Source: Iphione sp. A-MEVVRFRX5 (Eukaryota). From it: DNA of 64,000 nt. The stretch's first letter is position 1. Every line of letters begins with the position of its first letter. Below are positions 1-11,900 of the stretch, one piece after another. Both the position numbers and the translations under genes were made by a program. The notes below the pieces were generated by a model. The model saw only the letters and a program-made list of their open reading frames with translations, did no database searches and had not been told where the DNA came from. The DNA lies in assembly GCA_976226885.1 (NCBI GenBank), contig OZ320319.1:3720001-3784000 (forward strand). Reading direction: 5' to 3'.

Positions 1-29
1 GGTAGCCTCCCAGTACTCGGCTTTCATGT

Positions 30-353
30 CTTAATCTGTCTCACTCAGCACTCTATTACCATAGCTGATTGCTTAGACCTGGACCTCACAGACATGATTA
101 ATCTGTCTCACCCAGCACTCTATGCCATAGCTCAATGCTTAGACCTGGACCTCACACTGCTTAGACCTGGACCTCACAGACATGATTAATCTGTCTAACC
201 CAGCACTCTATGCCAGAGCTCATTGCTTAGACCTGAACCTCACAGACATGATTAATCTGTCTCACCCAGCACTCTATGCCATAGCTCATTGCTTAGACCT
301 GGACCTCACACTGCTTAGACCTGGACCTCACAGATATGATTAATCTGTCTCAC
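30..353 (-). repeat. ~66-bp tandem repeat (about 5 copies) of the candidate exon at 354-405 plus its donor site
   Basis: Unit ttaatctgtctcacccagcactctatgccatagctcattgcttagacctggacctcacagacatga recurs; the divergent last copy is the candidate exon. Confidence 0.8.
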
Positions 354-405
354 CCAAAGCGCTTTGCCATAGCTCATTGCATAGATGTGGACCTCACAGA
401 CATAA
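354..405 (-). CDS. candidate 52-nt internal exon of an unidentified gene (YVCEVHIYAMSYGKALW)
   Basis: Minus strand cag|TTATGTC...TGG|gtgaga; only one frame is open. A-M-S-Y-G loosely resembles an alpha/beta-hydrolase nucleophile elbow (weak inference). Confidence 0.35.
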
Positions 406-1598
406 CTGCCAGGGCAGATAACACATGCAGATAAACTAGTGAAACATGGAGAGTAGTAGTGAATGTCATATGACAGCACATGCTCATCAATAACAAATGG
501 AAAACAAACACATCAGGTGTGTGTTCCTTCTTAATCACGAACTCCTCTTTATTTTCATGATATCCATTATGAAGCATATATAACAAATCAACAAAAGATG
601 TGTTCTTTTGTAGCCTGATTACTAGTATGCAATCGACAAACATTGCAAACCAGAGATATGAATAAATCCAACTTTCCCTACGAGTATGTCAAGAACATAG
701 CAGCTACAAACATCTCCCTAAATAAATAAGAGAAATAATATGGTATGTAGTGGGCTTCAAAATATGTATCACACATAAACACTATGTGAAGAGTAAAATA
801 ATCTAGATGACGGTGAGAGATAAATTGATTGCAACATCAATCTTTTCTGTTATATGTAGGTGCAGTATTACAACAAAAATTTGTCGTGAACCTTATAGGG
901 TTTTGTCCAAAAGTTACTTTTCATAATGAGATAAATATGTCTTTTGAAAATTACTTGGTTAGTCACAAATTCTTGGGAAATATTTCAAAATACGTATTTC
1001 AATTTGTACATGTTTCAATATAACAACACAGGACCTTTTGTTAAACCAATGTTTCAAGAGTGAAATTTTCTGGGCACAGGGAGTCAAAAACTTCCTACAT
1101 ACAATTAGGACTCGATATCTGAATGGTCATCGTTGCATGAAATATTAAAAAACTGAATTAATTTAGATACCGAGTATTATTGTTATGATAAAATGTTGGC
1201 TTGTTCTGGGAAAACTCATTCAGAAATCGAGTCCTGACTGTAAGTGCAGGAAACATGGTTAACGGATGAAGTCACAACCGGAACTAGTCAGTTCAGACAT
1301 CTGCAGCCTGTTTCCTACGAATTGTTACCCCTGCAGGTTTCTTTTCAGACGAATCCAATATGCCACATCACACAAAATTTATATTTAGAACCTCTCTAGC
1401 TACAGAAGCAAGTCTTGCCACGAGACCAGACCCATGGTTATTTAGTTATTGGCTCGTGGCAAGACACCCATCATCACCAAGGCAATTCGATGTAAACATC
1501 CCAGTTTTAAAGATCTTAAGCCATGCTTAGAACGTATCAAATAGAGCAGAATTTACAGATCACAGACTTATTAAGAGCTGCATGTTTTTTTCCTTTAG

Positions 1599-1700
1599 AT
1601 TCATTATTTTGACAAGGGTGTGGTCCTGGAAGGTCTACTGTCCCCTGCCAACCCTCGGTTCTGCCTGACTGGGCACACAGAGATCCTAGACTGCCACAAG
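1599..1700 (+). CDS. candidate phase-0/phase-0 102-nt exon, unidentified (IHYFDKGVVLEGLLSPANPRFCLTGHTEILDCHK)
   Basis: Strong acceptor ttttttcctttag, donor AAG|gtggta, open frame with protein-like composition; family not recognised. Confidence 0.35.
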
Positions 1701-2989
1701 GTGGTACTGGCAGAAGGGAAGTATTGATATGTGTGTGTGTGTGTGCGTGTGTGTGTGCATTTGAGTGCACTGTCAGACCTATAAATCCCTAAACCAGGTA
1801 TGTATGTTTGTGGGTGTGTTAGCAAAGGAGTAAATTAGTATAATTGTTTTCATAAAATACTTGAATTAGTACCATAATGACCCAGTGCCTCAAGTCCAAT
1901 TACAAAAGTATCATATATCAAAATCATTTCATTTGAATGAAGGGTTTGAGAGTTATAAGACCCACAAAAGTGTGACAGAAGGTCAGCCAGTCAGCAAACA
2001 GCATTCCTAAGGTCCCCCCCTTCTATGAGGGTTACAAAAACAATGTTGGTTTGTCTTGCTAAGAACAACAGCTGAATCTCACTCCCCAGATGCACCTGAG
2101 ATGTCCAAGCATCTCCCATGTAGATGCTTTGGACAGTTCCTTACATCTTCATTTTATTGCTTTGTGTTTATATATAGAGTGAAAGGTCCAAAACCCAGAC
2201 ACCTGTGGAATGGCCTACCAAAGTGACCGGATTTTTTTCTCACAAAAACACATTGATCGATTTGTCTAATCATGTCACACCAGAAAACTCTGAATACAAA
2301 GTACAGCAAAACAGGCTGGTTATGGAAGTTCACAGAATACAAATGTAAATTTCACACTACAGGCATTTGTATATTTTCCATAGATAGGCCCTTTCTGCAA
2401 TGCTCACACCTATTCTATTAAAAGAAAGTGAGACTTTTCTATGGTTTTTTTCTGGCTACTTTCGGAACTGCCCACCTTAATATCCGCAAGTTTGGAACAG
2501 ATGGTTGAACCCACAGAAAGGTTCTAAGCCTGTTAGGCGGGAACAAAAAAAGCTGACTGAATTTGGGTCGTTTCTAGTGAAGTTTGTTTCAGGGGAGCTC
2601 TCCCCTCAGGAGAACCACCCTTCCTAGGGACCATCCCTTCACAGATGTCCCTTCCCATGGAAGATGTCGAAACCGCGATACTTTTGTCCAGAGTAGAGAC
2701 CTGCATGAGAGACCAAGCTTGGGACTGGCCAATTTCGGTCTTGCCGATGGTTTGGTCTCATTAGACATACTCTACATAGAGGGAAATGAATGATTTTTAT
2801 TCATAGAAATCCTGGTTTTTGCCCCCAGTTTGGTCTCAACTGTCACGTGGCCTTGAACTGGGTTTCCACTGTATATGCTATGCTTGTTATACTTTCGAAG
2901 CAACTACAGTAGAAACCCTCACATGAAGCCAAGCTTGGGACTGGCTAATCTGAGTTGGTCTCCTTGGGAGGTTGGTCATAAGATCTTGA

Positions 2990-3230
2990 TCTCAGTCATG
3001 AGTTGGTCTCCCATATGGGCAAGTTTTTGATCCCAGTCATGAGTTGGTCTCCCATGTGGGCAGGTTTTTGATCTCAGTCATGAGTTGGCCTTCCACGTGG
3101 GCAGGTTTTTGATCCTAGTCATGAGTTGGTCTCCCATGTGGGCAGGTTTTTGATCTCAGTCATGAGTTGGTCTCCCATGTGGGCAGGTTTTTGATCTCAT
3201 CATGAGTTGGTCTTCCATGTGGGCAGGTCT
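2990..3230. repeat. ~41-bp minisatellite
   Basis: gatctcagtcatgagttggtctcccatgtgggcaggttttt repeated about 6 times. Confidence 0.9.
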
Positions 3231-3774
3231 TTAGGCAGGTTTCTACATGACATGTCAGGACTGGGAATGTGACTTCATGAAGGTAACTCCAGCCCAACTT
3301 ACAGCCTTCTCACACTTCACACTAGACCACAGCCAGATCATCCCTCAGTATGAATAATTATCTTCACTTATCCCATAGAAAAAAACCATATGCCTTGGCT
3401 ATGAATAGGATGTGACCTACTAGGAGTAGCTCCTGACCTGCTCAGAGCATTGTCAAACTTGAGGCTGTAATCAAACCACCCCCCAATTATACACTGGAAT
3501 CCCTTAATATGGACACCTTCTAATCAGATCATCCTACATTATGAACAATCAAGACACAGAACTAAGTCTGTAGATTCATGTTGAAATACTCCTGCTATTC
3601 TTGACATTTCTCTTTACAGTGTTTGGTCAGTTCCCCTGCTGCCCGTATTAGAGATTCCACTCCACATATAATCGACGTATATCCCATGAATACCTCACTA
3701 AAAGATTATTACACATTTAGGGTTTTATGGTACCTGACTGCAGAGCCTTGATACTTAAGTTTGACAAAAGACTG

Positions 3775-4225
3775 TAATAATGGTATATAACAGTAAGTGG
3801 CTTGTCATCCTACATATAGAATGAACCACCTCCATACAATCACCTCTATAATGAGGTCACCTCACAAATGGTATAACAGTAGCATCTCATCATTATACAT
3901 GTACATATAGAATGAACCTTCTGCATGCTATCACCTCTCTAATGAGGTCACCTCGCCAATGGTATAACAGTAAACAGCTCATCATTATACATATAGAATG
4001 AGCCACCTCCATACAATCACCTCTATAATGAGGTCACCTCACAAATGGTATAAGAGTTAGCAGCTCATAATCATACATGTACATATAGAATGAACCTTTT
4101 GCATGCTATCACCTCTCTAATGGGGTCACATCACCAATGGTATGACAGTAAGCAGCTCATTATTACACATATAGAATGAACCTTCTGCATACAATCACCT
4201 CACTAATGAGGTCACCTTGCCAATT
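3775..4225. repeat. ~80-bp tandem repeat
   Basis: tggtataacagtaag...catatagaatgaacc...atgaggtcacctc repeated about 5 times. Confidence 0.85.
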
Positions 4226-5791
4226 CAGCTAGTTGAGAGGAACGTGAATATTATAGCAAATACAAAATCAACACGCAGTAACCAAGTGGTCTTCATTGCA
4301 TGATTTGTTTGGGGAAATAATCTTTTTTGGATACTGAGTGTTATTTTTTTAATAAGAAACAGCCATTTGTGTAAGGAAAATTCGTAGTACATGTTGAACA
4401 TGTTGTAATCAAGTGTTGATTCTACATTACATCTTTCATCCGCTAATATAATTAGCAATTCCATGCTAATCAGCATGGAACCAGTGTTGCTCAAGTTCCA
4501 TGCCACACCCACATATACACTATATTGGATTCGTCTGAAGAACTTTGTACTTTTTTAATGTGTCTTTTGGAACCCTTTCCTGTTTTCCTCTTACAACTCA
4601 AAACAGGGGGGTGCTGGTGCACCATCTCTCTCCTGCTGTTACAAACTCAAGTCTATAGGAAGATGGCTTCCTTCCCGCACAAACAAACTCTGGTACAAAC
4701 ATAAGAAAAAAGGTCCTCTTTCCAAATATGTCAACAAGCGAAGCCTTACTTGGACTACTGTACCACTACACATAAATAAACCAATACTGACAACTTGCCA
4801 CTGGCCCACAGTCATTTAAAAAGAAACAATAAAACTATCCACAATTGTTGACCGGCAAAGCTCAGCTTGAACGGTTTAAGTCATTATGTCAGGCTTCATA
4901 TGGAAAATATATCACTTGTTGTGGCCTCACTAGCAGGAAGCATCTCGACGTGTCAAGGACAATTTCTTTTAAATACATTTACAACAATATTCACTATGAC
5001 TAAAACATATCTATTTTAGGTGTAGCGCTTTACAAACAGGATGAAGAAATTTCCTTGATTTCGTTATTTTTTTCAGCTGGCCAATAAACAAAAATGCATT
5101 ATCAATATAAAAACCTTTTTGTATATAGCAATTACATAACAAAAAACCTACTATATCTATACAAAAATGAGTAAATTCAACCGGAAAATGATGATTGTTT
5201 CCTTTATATATTAGCTAAAGAAATATAATATACACATGATACAAGATTACAGAGAGAAGCTTATAAGACGATGTCATGAAAATGAATGATGCTGATAAAC
5301 TGGTTGCCACACATGTAGACCAGTGAGACTACTCTTTCCCCTCGATGAGACATGGGTATTTATGGTCGATGGTTTGAAAGAAGTTTCGACTTGGCGAAGC
5401 GAATCTGGCATGCCATGGAAATCAGGGTGGTGGAGTGTTGGATTGAGAAGACCAACTGGCAGCTTTTCGCGACAGATGTCTGCCGTACTCTGCACATTGG
5501 AAGACTGTGCGCAGGTCATGGTGTGTATACACAAAAATACAGATGTGAGAGCTTGGATTTCAAGCATCACTACATAACTTCCACAGGCGGGTTTCAGACA
5601 AGTCACCTGATCACCACTGATCACATGACCAGCTACAGCAAGACCCTGCTGGAGGGTGTGCCAAGCTGGTTCACAGATAGTGAGTGTGGTGAGAGGAGAA
5701 GCAGGAGGAGGAGGAGGGAGCAGACAGGACGAGGGGGGGGGAGGGAAGGAGTCTGCAATGTGGAGGAAGGTGGCAGCTGGTATAGATGCGT

Positions 5792-5938
5792 TTACTTGGG
5801 ATGAGATATGGAGACAAGGATGATGGTGACGTTATCAGCACTAAGTCTACGAACAGCCTCGCTGGCCAACCGGTTGCATGCAGTCTCGAATTTGATGTCC
5901 TCAGCAGTCTTGGTTTCTGTTGCCTCCACATCTGTGTC
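5792..5938 (-). CDS. ILKAP: ILKAP exon 10 (FETACNRLASEAVRRLSADNVTIILV, stop)
   Basis: SADNVT motif, TAA at 5792-5794. Confidence 0.95.
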   Translation of the reverse strand, partial: DTDVEATETKTAEDIKFETACNRLASEAVRRLSADNVTIILVSISHPK

Positions 5939-8900
5939 CTAACAAGTAGAAAACCAGGTACAAATATATGTACAGTGGATCGATGATATTAAAGGAGAAG
6001 ATATGGTTTGTTGTGTTATCTGGGAAAGAGTCTTACAGGCAATTAACCATATTCACAAAATCCTGGGGTGTGGGGGGTGTGTGTGGGGGGTGTGGTGAAG
6101 AAACATACACACGACCCAGGATGACATGTATCCACATGCCATTGTGAGAGAAATACAAATGGAACAATTCTTAATGAACCAATCACCAACGGTTGAAGAA
6201 ATGGGCACTGTTAACATAATTTTTACTAACTGTGACATCATAATGGGAAGTGACCAATCAAATTGTTTAATGTTGTGACAATGTCACAATTAAAAAAATT
6301 ACATCTGCAGTACCCATTTCTTTAACCATTGGGGATAGGCTCGTTAACAGTTGGGTGCCAGAGAAGAGGTTTACGGGTCGCATCCATGTATGTGGCGGTA
6401 TCCTAGTAGGTGCCAAGCACAGGTAAATGCATGATTTCCAGTGGGTCCATGTAGGCGGCTTCCACTGGTATGTTTTTGATATCCATTCATTTGGTGCCAA
6501 TTCAGTGTCTGTTTTATGTTCATTTTCCAAACTGGACAACTGTATGATACCATCTGTTGACTAGATATTCTTACAAAAATGTACGCTAGCTAACGTACGA
6601 TCAAGAACATGGACAACTGGCCTTACTCTATCTAGATTTATCTTTACTTTGTATGAGTAGCACATTACATTTTCCTTGATGCATTAAAGTAAAAGCAGTG
6701 AATTATATGTTACTGCTTTCTTGTAGTTATTGTCTTCTGTTTTGATAAGTAAGACTCCCCCAGCCTTTTTAAATGCCGGGGTAGTAATTAACCCATCACG
6801 GAATGGATACAAAAGCGATTATAACGCCTTTTTTCAGTTTCACAACAAATATGGAGACTGTCACAATCCCTATTGGGCAAGTGCTTTGGTCAGAAACGGT
6901 ACAGCACACTTCTTTGTAGCTGGGTGGCTCAAACTTCAACAGCAATGGGTCCATTACAATGTTTGGCATACTTGATCTATGTGTCCATTACAAGGTTCAG
7001 CTTACTTGAACTATGTTGCTGATAAAGGCAATGGCTGACTCATTACAAGGTCTGGCTTACGTGAACTCATGTTGATGATGAAAGCAATGGCTAACTTTTT
7101 ACAAGGTTTGGCTTAATCAAACTATGTTGCTAATAAAGGTAATGGCTGACTTATTACAAGGTTTGGCTAACTTGAACCTCCTTGCTGATGAAGGCAATGG
7201 CTGACTCATTATAATGGCTGACTCATTACAATGTTTGGCTAACTTGAGCTATGTTGCTGATTAAGGCAATGGGTGACTCTTTATAATGGCTGATTCATTA
7301 CAATATTTGGTCTAATCAAACTATGTTTCTGATGAAGGCAAAGGCTGACTCATTATAATGGCTGACTCATTACAATGTTTGGCTTACTTGAACTATATTT
7401 TCGATGAAGGCAATGGCTGAGTCATTATAAAGGCTGCCTCATTACAAGGTTTGGCTTACTTGAACTATGTTGTTGATGAAGGCAATTGCTGACTCATTGT
7501 TGAATCGCTTCCACAGACCATCACATGCTATCAGCACATACCTATCACAACATATAAAAATCAAACCAGTTTAAACATAGTTTAATCATACTACAGAGAC
7601 TGGGGGAGGGGGGAGGGGGTGAAAGGAGGGATAGAGGTAGGAGGGAGAGAGAGGAGGAGGAAAGGAGAGAAACTGAAGGGAGCGGAGAGGAGGTTGAGGG
7701 GGGCAGCGAGAGGAGGGTAAGGCGAGGGGGTGTAGGAAAGGAGAGGTAGAAGGAGAAAGGGAGGGGAGAGGATAATGCCAGAAAACATGTCACAGTATCA
7801 GTACCTGACAGTTTAATATATTTCATAATGTCTATAGACGTTAGAAAATCAAATGTTTATGTATGCCTGAATTCAGCTGCATAACAGTTTTGCCGAATGT
7901 TTGAAATATGGGGCCATATTTTCTGGATGAACACCTAGATTTGCTGGTTTTGAGCTCTTTGAACATTCTGACCTACATCCTCAATGTAACACACTGTGTT
8001 GTCGTAATACGTATTTGTCTTTGATATGCACTTGTATTCTTGTTCGTATGCTCTTGTGGATTGTTGGAATCATGAAATTTTCTAGACTGGGAGAAACCCA
8101 TTCCTAATATCTTCCCACTTAGGTAGGGAACGAAAAGGAATTAAGAAAACCGTCATGAAAGCATCCCCACCTGTCCTGTTCTGTTAGCTGGCAACGTTTA
8201 ATGTCTGGCAAACACCAAACACCATGTTTCTTATAGGGGCCATCTCCAATAGACCGCGACACCTCCAGCTGTCCCATCACTCGACCATCCCTAAAAGTCA
8301 AAACAAAAAATGCAAGAGAACCCTCTATATTTCACTCTCATAATACAAGACTGTTTAAACTGAGCAGTTACAAATGACACAATACACATACGGTTAAAAG
8401 CCACAATACAGACACACCTTGGTTCTGACCAAAATGGTCCAGCCTTGTGATCACATCCACATTGTGACACTCAAATAAACCAGATTATACAATATTCGTT
8501 CTTTTAACATTCCTTAATTTTGGTAATGTCCACACAGGGGTCTGTCTATATTGTGGCATTTATATGTACAATGTATACAATTGACTTATCACTGCGTAAC
8601 CATGAAGCGCTCTGTGAGGCTCTGGACATCGTCCAATGACAGAGTGTGCATCATCCTACTGGTTCATCAAAATATACATGTACTCTGCCTTTCCAAGTCC
8701 AAAACACCCACTTTCTACATATCTGATCTTGATGAAACTTCTATCAAATGAAAGCTGAGGATCTAAGGAAAACCATGTCTCTCTAGAGCCATTATTAAAG
8801 ATTCTATGGCCCTGTGAAGTTTGCTGCAGACTTGCCGAAAAATGACATCAGAACATCGTTGGATGATGTCCAGTGCCTACAGATACATGGCAATCCCTAA

Positions 8901-11900
8901 CTGCGCGACTGCTCCCCATTTACAATGGTGAACACAAGGCACGGGACTTATGGGGTCTATGATCCCCTGCCAGCCACTCCATCAAGGGGAACTAATTAGT
9001 TCAAACTATGACATAGACACATCTGTACAGCAATAAGCACCATATTAGACAGTCAAACGGAGCACGACTGTGGATGGGCAAGTATGCCAGCCCCACTGTA
9101 ACTGGTATCTAGAGATTCACCTGTCCTGCGGATCTTCATCTGCTCTTTGATCATAGAAGGGTTCTTGACTCCTCAATTCTATTATTTCTAATCCACCTTT
9201 TTCTAGCTGCAAACCTTGCTGATACTTACCTCACCTGGCCTCCAGCCTTCTGGATCCTCATCCACTCTATATAAAGGTGCTTTCTACTGCTCAATTCTAT
9301 TACTTCTAATCCTCATCTGCTCTTTGTACCATAAAGGTGCTCTCTACTACTCAATTCTATTATTTCTAATCCACCTTTTTCTAGCTGCAAACCTTGCTGA
9401 TACCTAACCTGGCTGCAGCCTTCTGGATCCTCATCCACTCTATATAAAGGTGCTTTCTACTGCTCAATTCTATTACTTCTAATCCTCATCCACTCTTCGT
9501 ACTGTAAGGTGCTCTCTACTGCTCAATTCTATTACTTCTAATCCACCTTTTTCTACCTGCAAAGCTTGCTGATACTTACCTAACCTGCCCTCCAGCCTTC
9601 TGGATCCTCATCCACTCTTTGTACCATAAAGGTGCTTTCTACTACTCAATTCTATTACTTCTAATCCTCATCTGCTCTTTGTACCATAAAGGTGCTCTCT
9701 ACTACTCAATTCTATTACTTCTAACTCACTTTTCTCTAGCTGCAAACCTTGCTGATACTTACCTCACCTGCCCTCCCGCCTTCTGGATCCTCATCCGCTC
9801 TTCATACTGTAGAGGAGTGTGGTCCTTGCTGAGCGGCACCGCAGTGTACCGAGAGCTACCAGAGAGCTGCCGGCACAGGATGGCCTACCAACAAGGAAAG
9901 GTTTACACTGGTTATGATGAAGGCCTGAAAATTACTAGGGCTGAGAAAGTAAGGGCTAAAGTATCCATGATGGAATCTACATGGAGAGAGAGAAAAATGT
10001 TTCCACAGAGACAGATATACAGGCAGACACCAAAAGAAATAAGGTAAGTGATTAAAGATTTCAAAACAAATAATTCTAAAATCAAAAAGATTTTACTGTC
10101 TGAACGTATGAGAGAAAAAAGACCATAAGAGAGAGGTGGGGGGAGCCAGGTGGGGGGGCATGATGGTAAGTACAAAGATTTAGTTTTAATAATTGACAAG
10201 ATGACTGAAAAAGTGTTCATACACAGTCGAAACTCTATTTGCAACTACCAGTTGGGACCAAGCTGATATGGTCGTATTGGCCAATTTGGTCGTAAATCGA
10301 TGATAATTCCTATAGAAACTATGATTTTTGTTCCCATCTTCAATGGTCTGAAATAAGTTATGGTCGTTAATTGATGTGGTCACAAATAGGGTCTCCACTG
10401 TATTTCCCATATACATGGTGGCTACGGACAAACAGATATGTGCACACATGTACACATATACACACTCACATTCTCACCCACACATGGCAAAGCACACAGA
10501 TGTATGCACGCAAACACACACACACATACACACATTGGGGGAGGGAAGTTAGCTCAGTTGGGAAGAGTACTGGCTAGCACTGGTCCACTGATTGAGAGGT
10601 CCCAGGTTGAATCCTGGGCAAAGGACTGTAGCCCCAACCCAGAGTGGTCCACAACTTGTAACAAAGGCTGTGGGTGTATAGGATTCTGTCCCTTATATAT
10701 AAAAAGACCTCAGAAACCTATTTGAAATAAGAGTAGGGGGCAACCCTGGGTATTTGGGTCTCTCAATTGTTAATAATAGATGGTAGTATGCAACTCCAGG
10801 AGGATATGGAGGAAACTGCTAAAATGAAAGCTGGTTAAAGACACACTGAAAATGAAATGAAATGAAATAAAAGTAACCATCTCTTTATGAACAGAGGTTA
10901 GATCTACAGGTCTTTCTAACATGCGTTGCTGCAGTATCCTCTCCTGCCAGGTCAGGCCGCTTCTCACCCAGCACCCATTTATCCCAAGTTTTCATACAGA
11001 GATCACCAGATAGATGAGACTGACAACACTTAAGATAAGACACAAATTTGACTTGGGCTTAAAAAAAATATCTGTGCTTCCAGTAACATGCTGAAAAAAT
11101 ATGGGGTCAGTTGGTAGGTGTTTTTCTTTTATTTTTAATGTTAACTAATACTGAAACTAACTGATGTATAGGGCAATATCACTTCTACTACTTAGAGTGC
11201 TACGAAAGCTAATGATATAAGGAATAACTTGGTGTATTGCATGACTCTGTATCTTTAATTATTGTCTAGATAACCAAAAAACAGAAAAATAAAAATCTTC
11301 ATTGGCTCCAAAATCAGGGTTGGTCGGGTTACCGGAAATGCAGACATTTCTTTTTACTAAGCCTTATACAAGTACATCTACATGTACAAAAAAGCACCAC
11401 ACCATTACCTTGCTATCTCCTAGGTTAGAAATGTAGAGGGTGTTGTTTACAGCCAGCACCACCACAGCCGTGGACCCGTCCTTCCATGCCGGCCGACTGA
11501 GAAAATACAAATCAAAAACAAAAAGTTCCCACTCAGAAATGAAACACAAAAAAAGCTAAAACTTTCCTAGTCTGTGTTCTGTTCCAAGACAGTCATTGCC
11601 ACATGACAGGGTGTACCTCACATGGGTGCTCTAAGTTTGCTGCAGATGTAGTGGAAGAGTTGGTGCTCTGTTCCAAGGCACATGATCACATGGGAGAGTT
11701 GTCTCACCAGGGTGAAACCTAGCAGAATTTTACCTAGACTAAACCCATGGAACGGGAGCCCTAAGTTTGCCACAGATGTAGTGGAAGAGTTGGTGCTCTG
11801 TTCCAAGGCACATGATCACATGGGAGAGTTGTCTCACCAGGGTGAAACCTAGCAGAATTTTACCTAGACTAAACCCATGGAACGGGAGCCCTAAGTTTGC

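Noticed and set aside
3232-3282. Possible plus-strand exon GFYMTCQDWECDFMK
   Set aside because: Weak acceptor inside a repeat end; phase does not join 1599-1700 directly.
5274-5804. Overlapping ORFs of 84-150 aa just downstream of the ILKAP stop
   Set aside because: No recognisable motifs or splice support; most simply the ILKAP 3' UTR.
6730-6975. 81-aa plus-strand ORF in ILKAP intron 9
   Set aside because: TTG start, no motif; its end is the exon-derived repeat.
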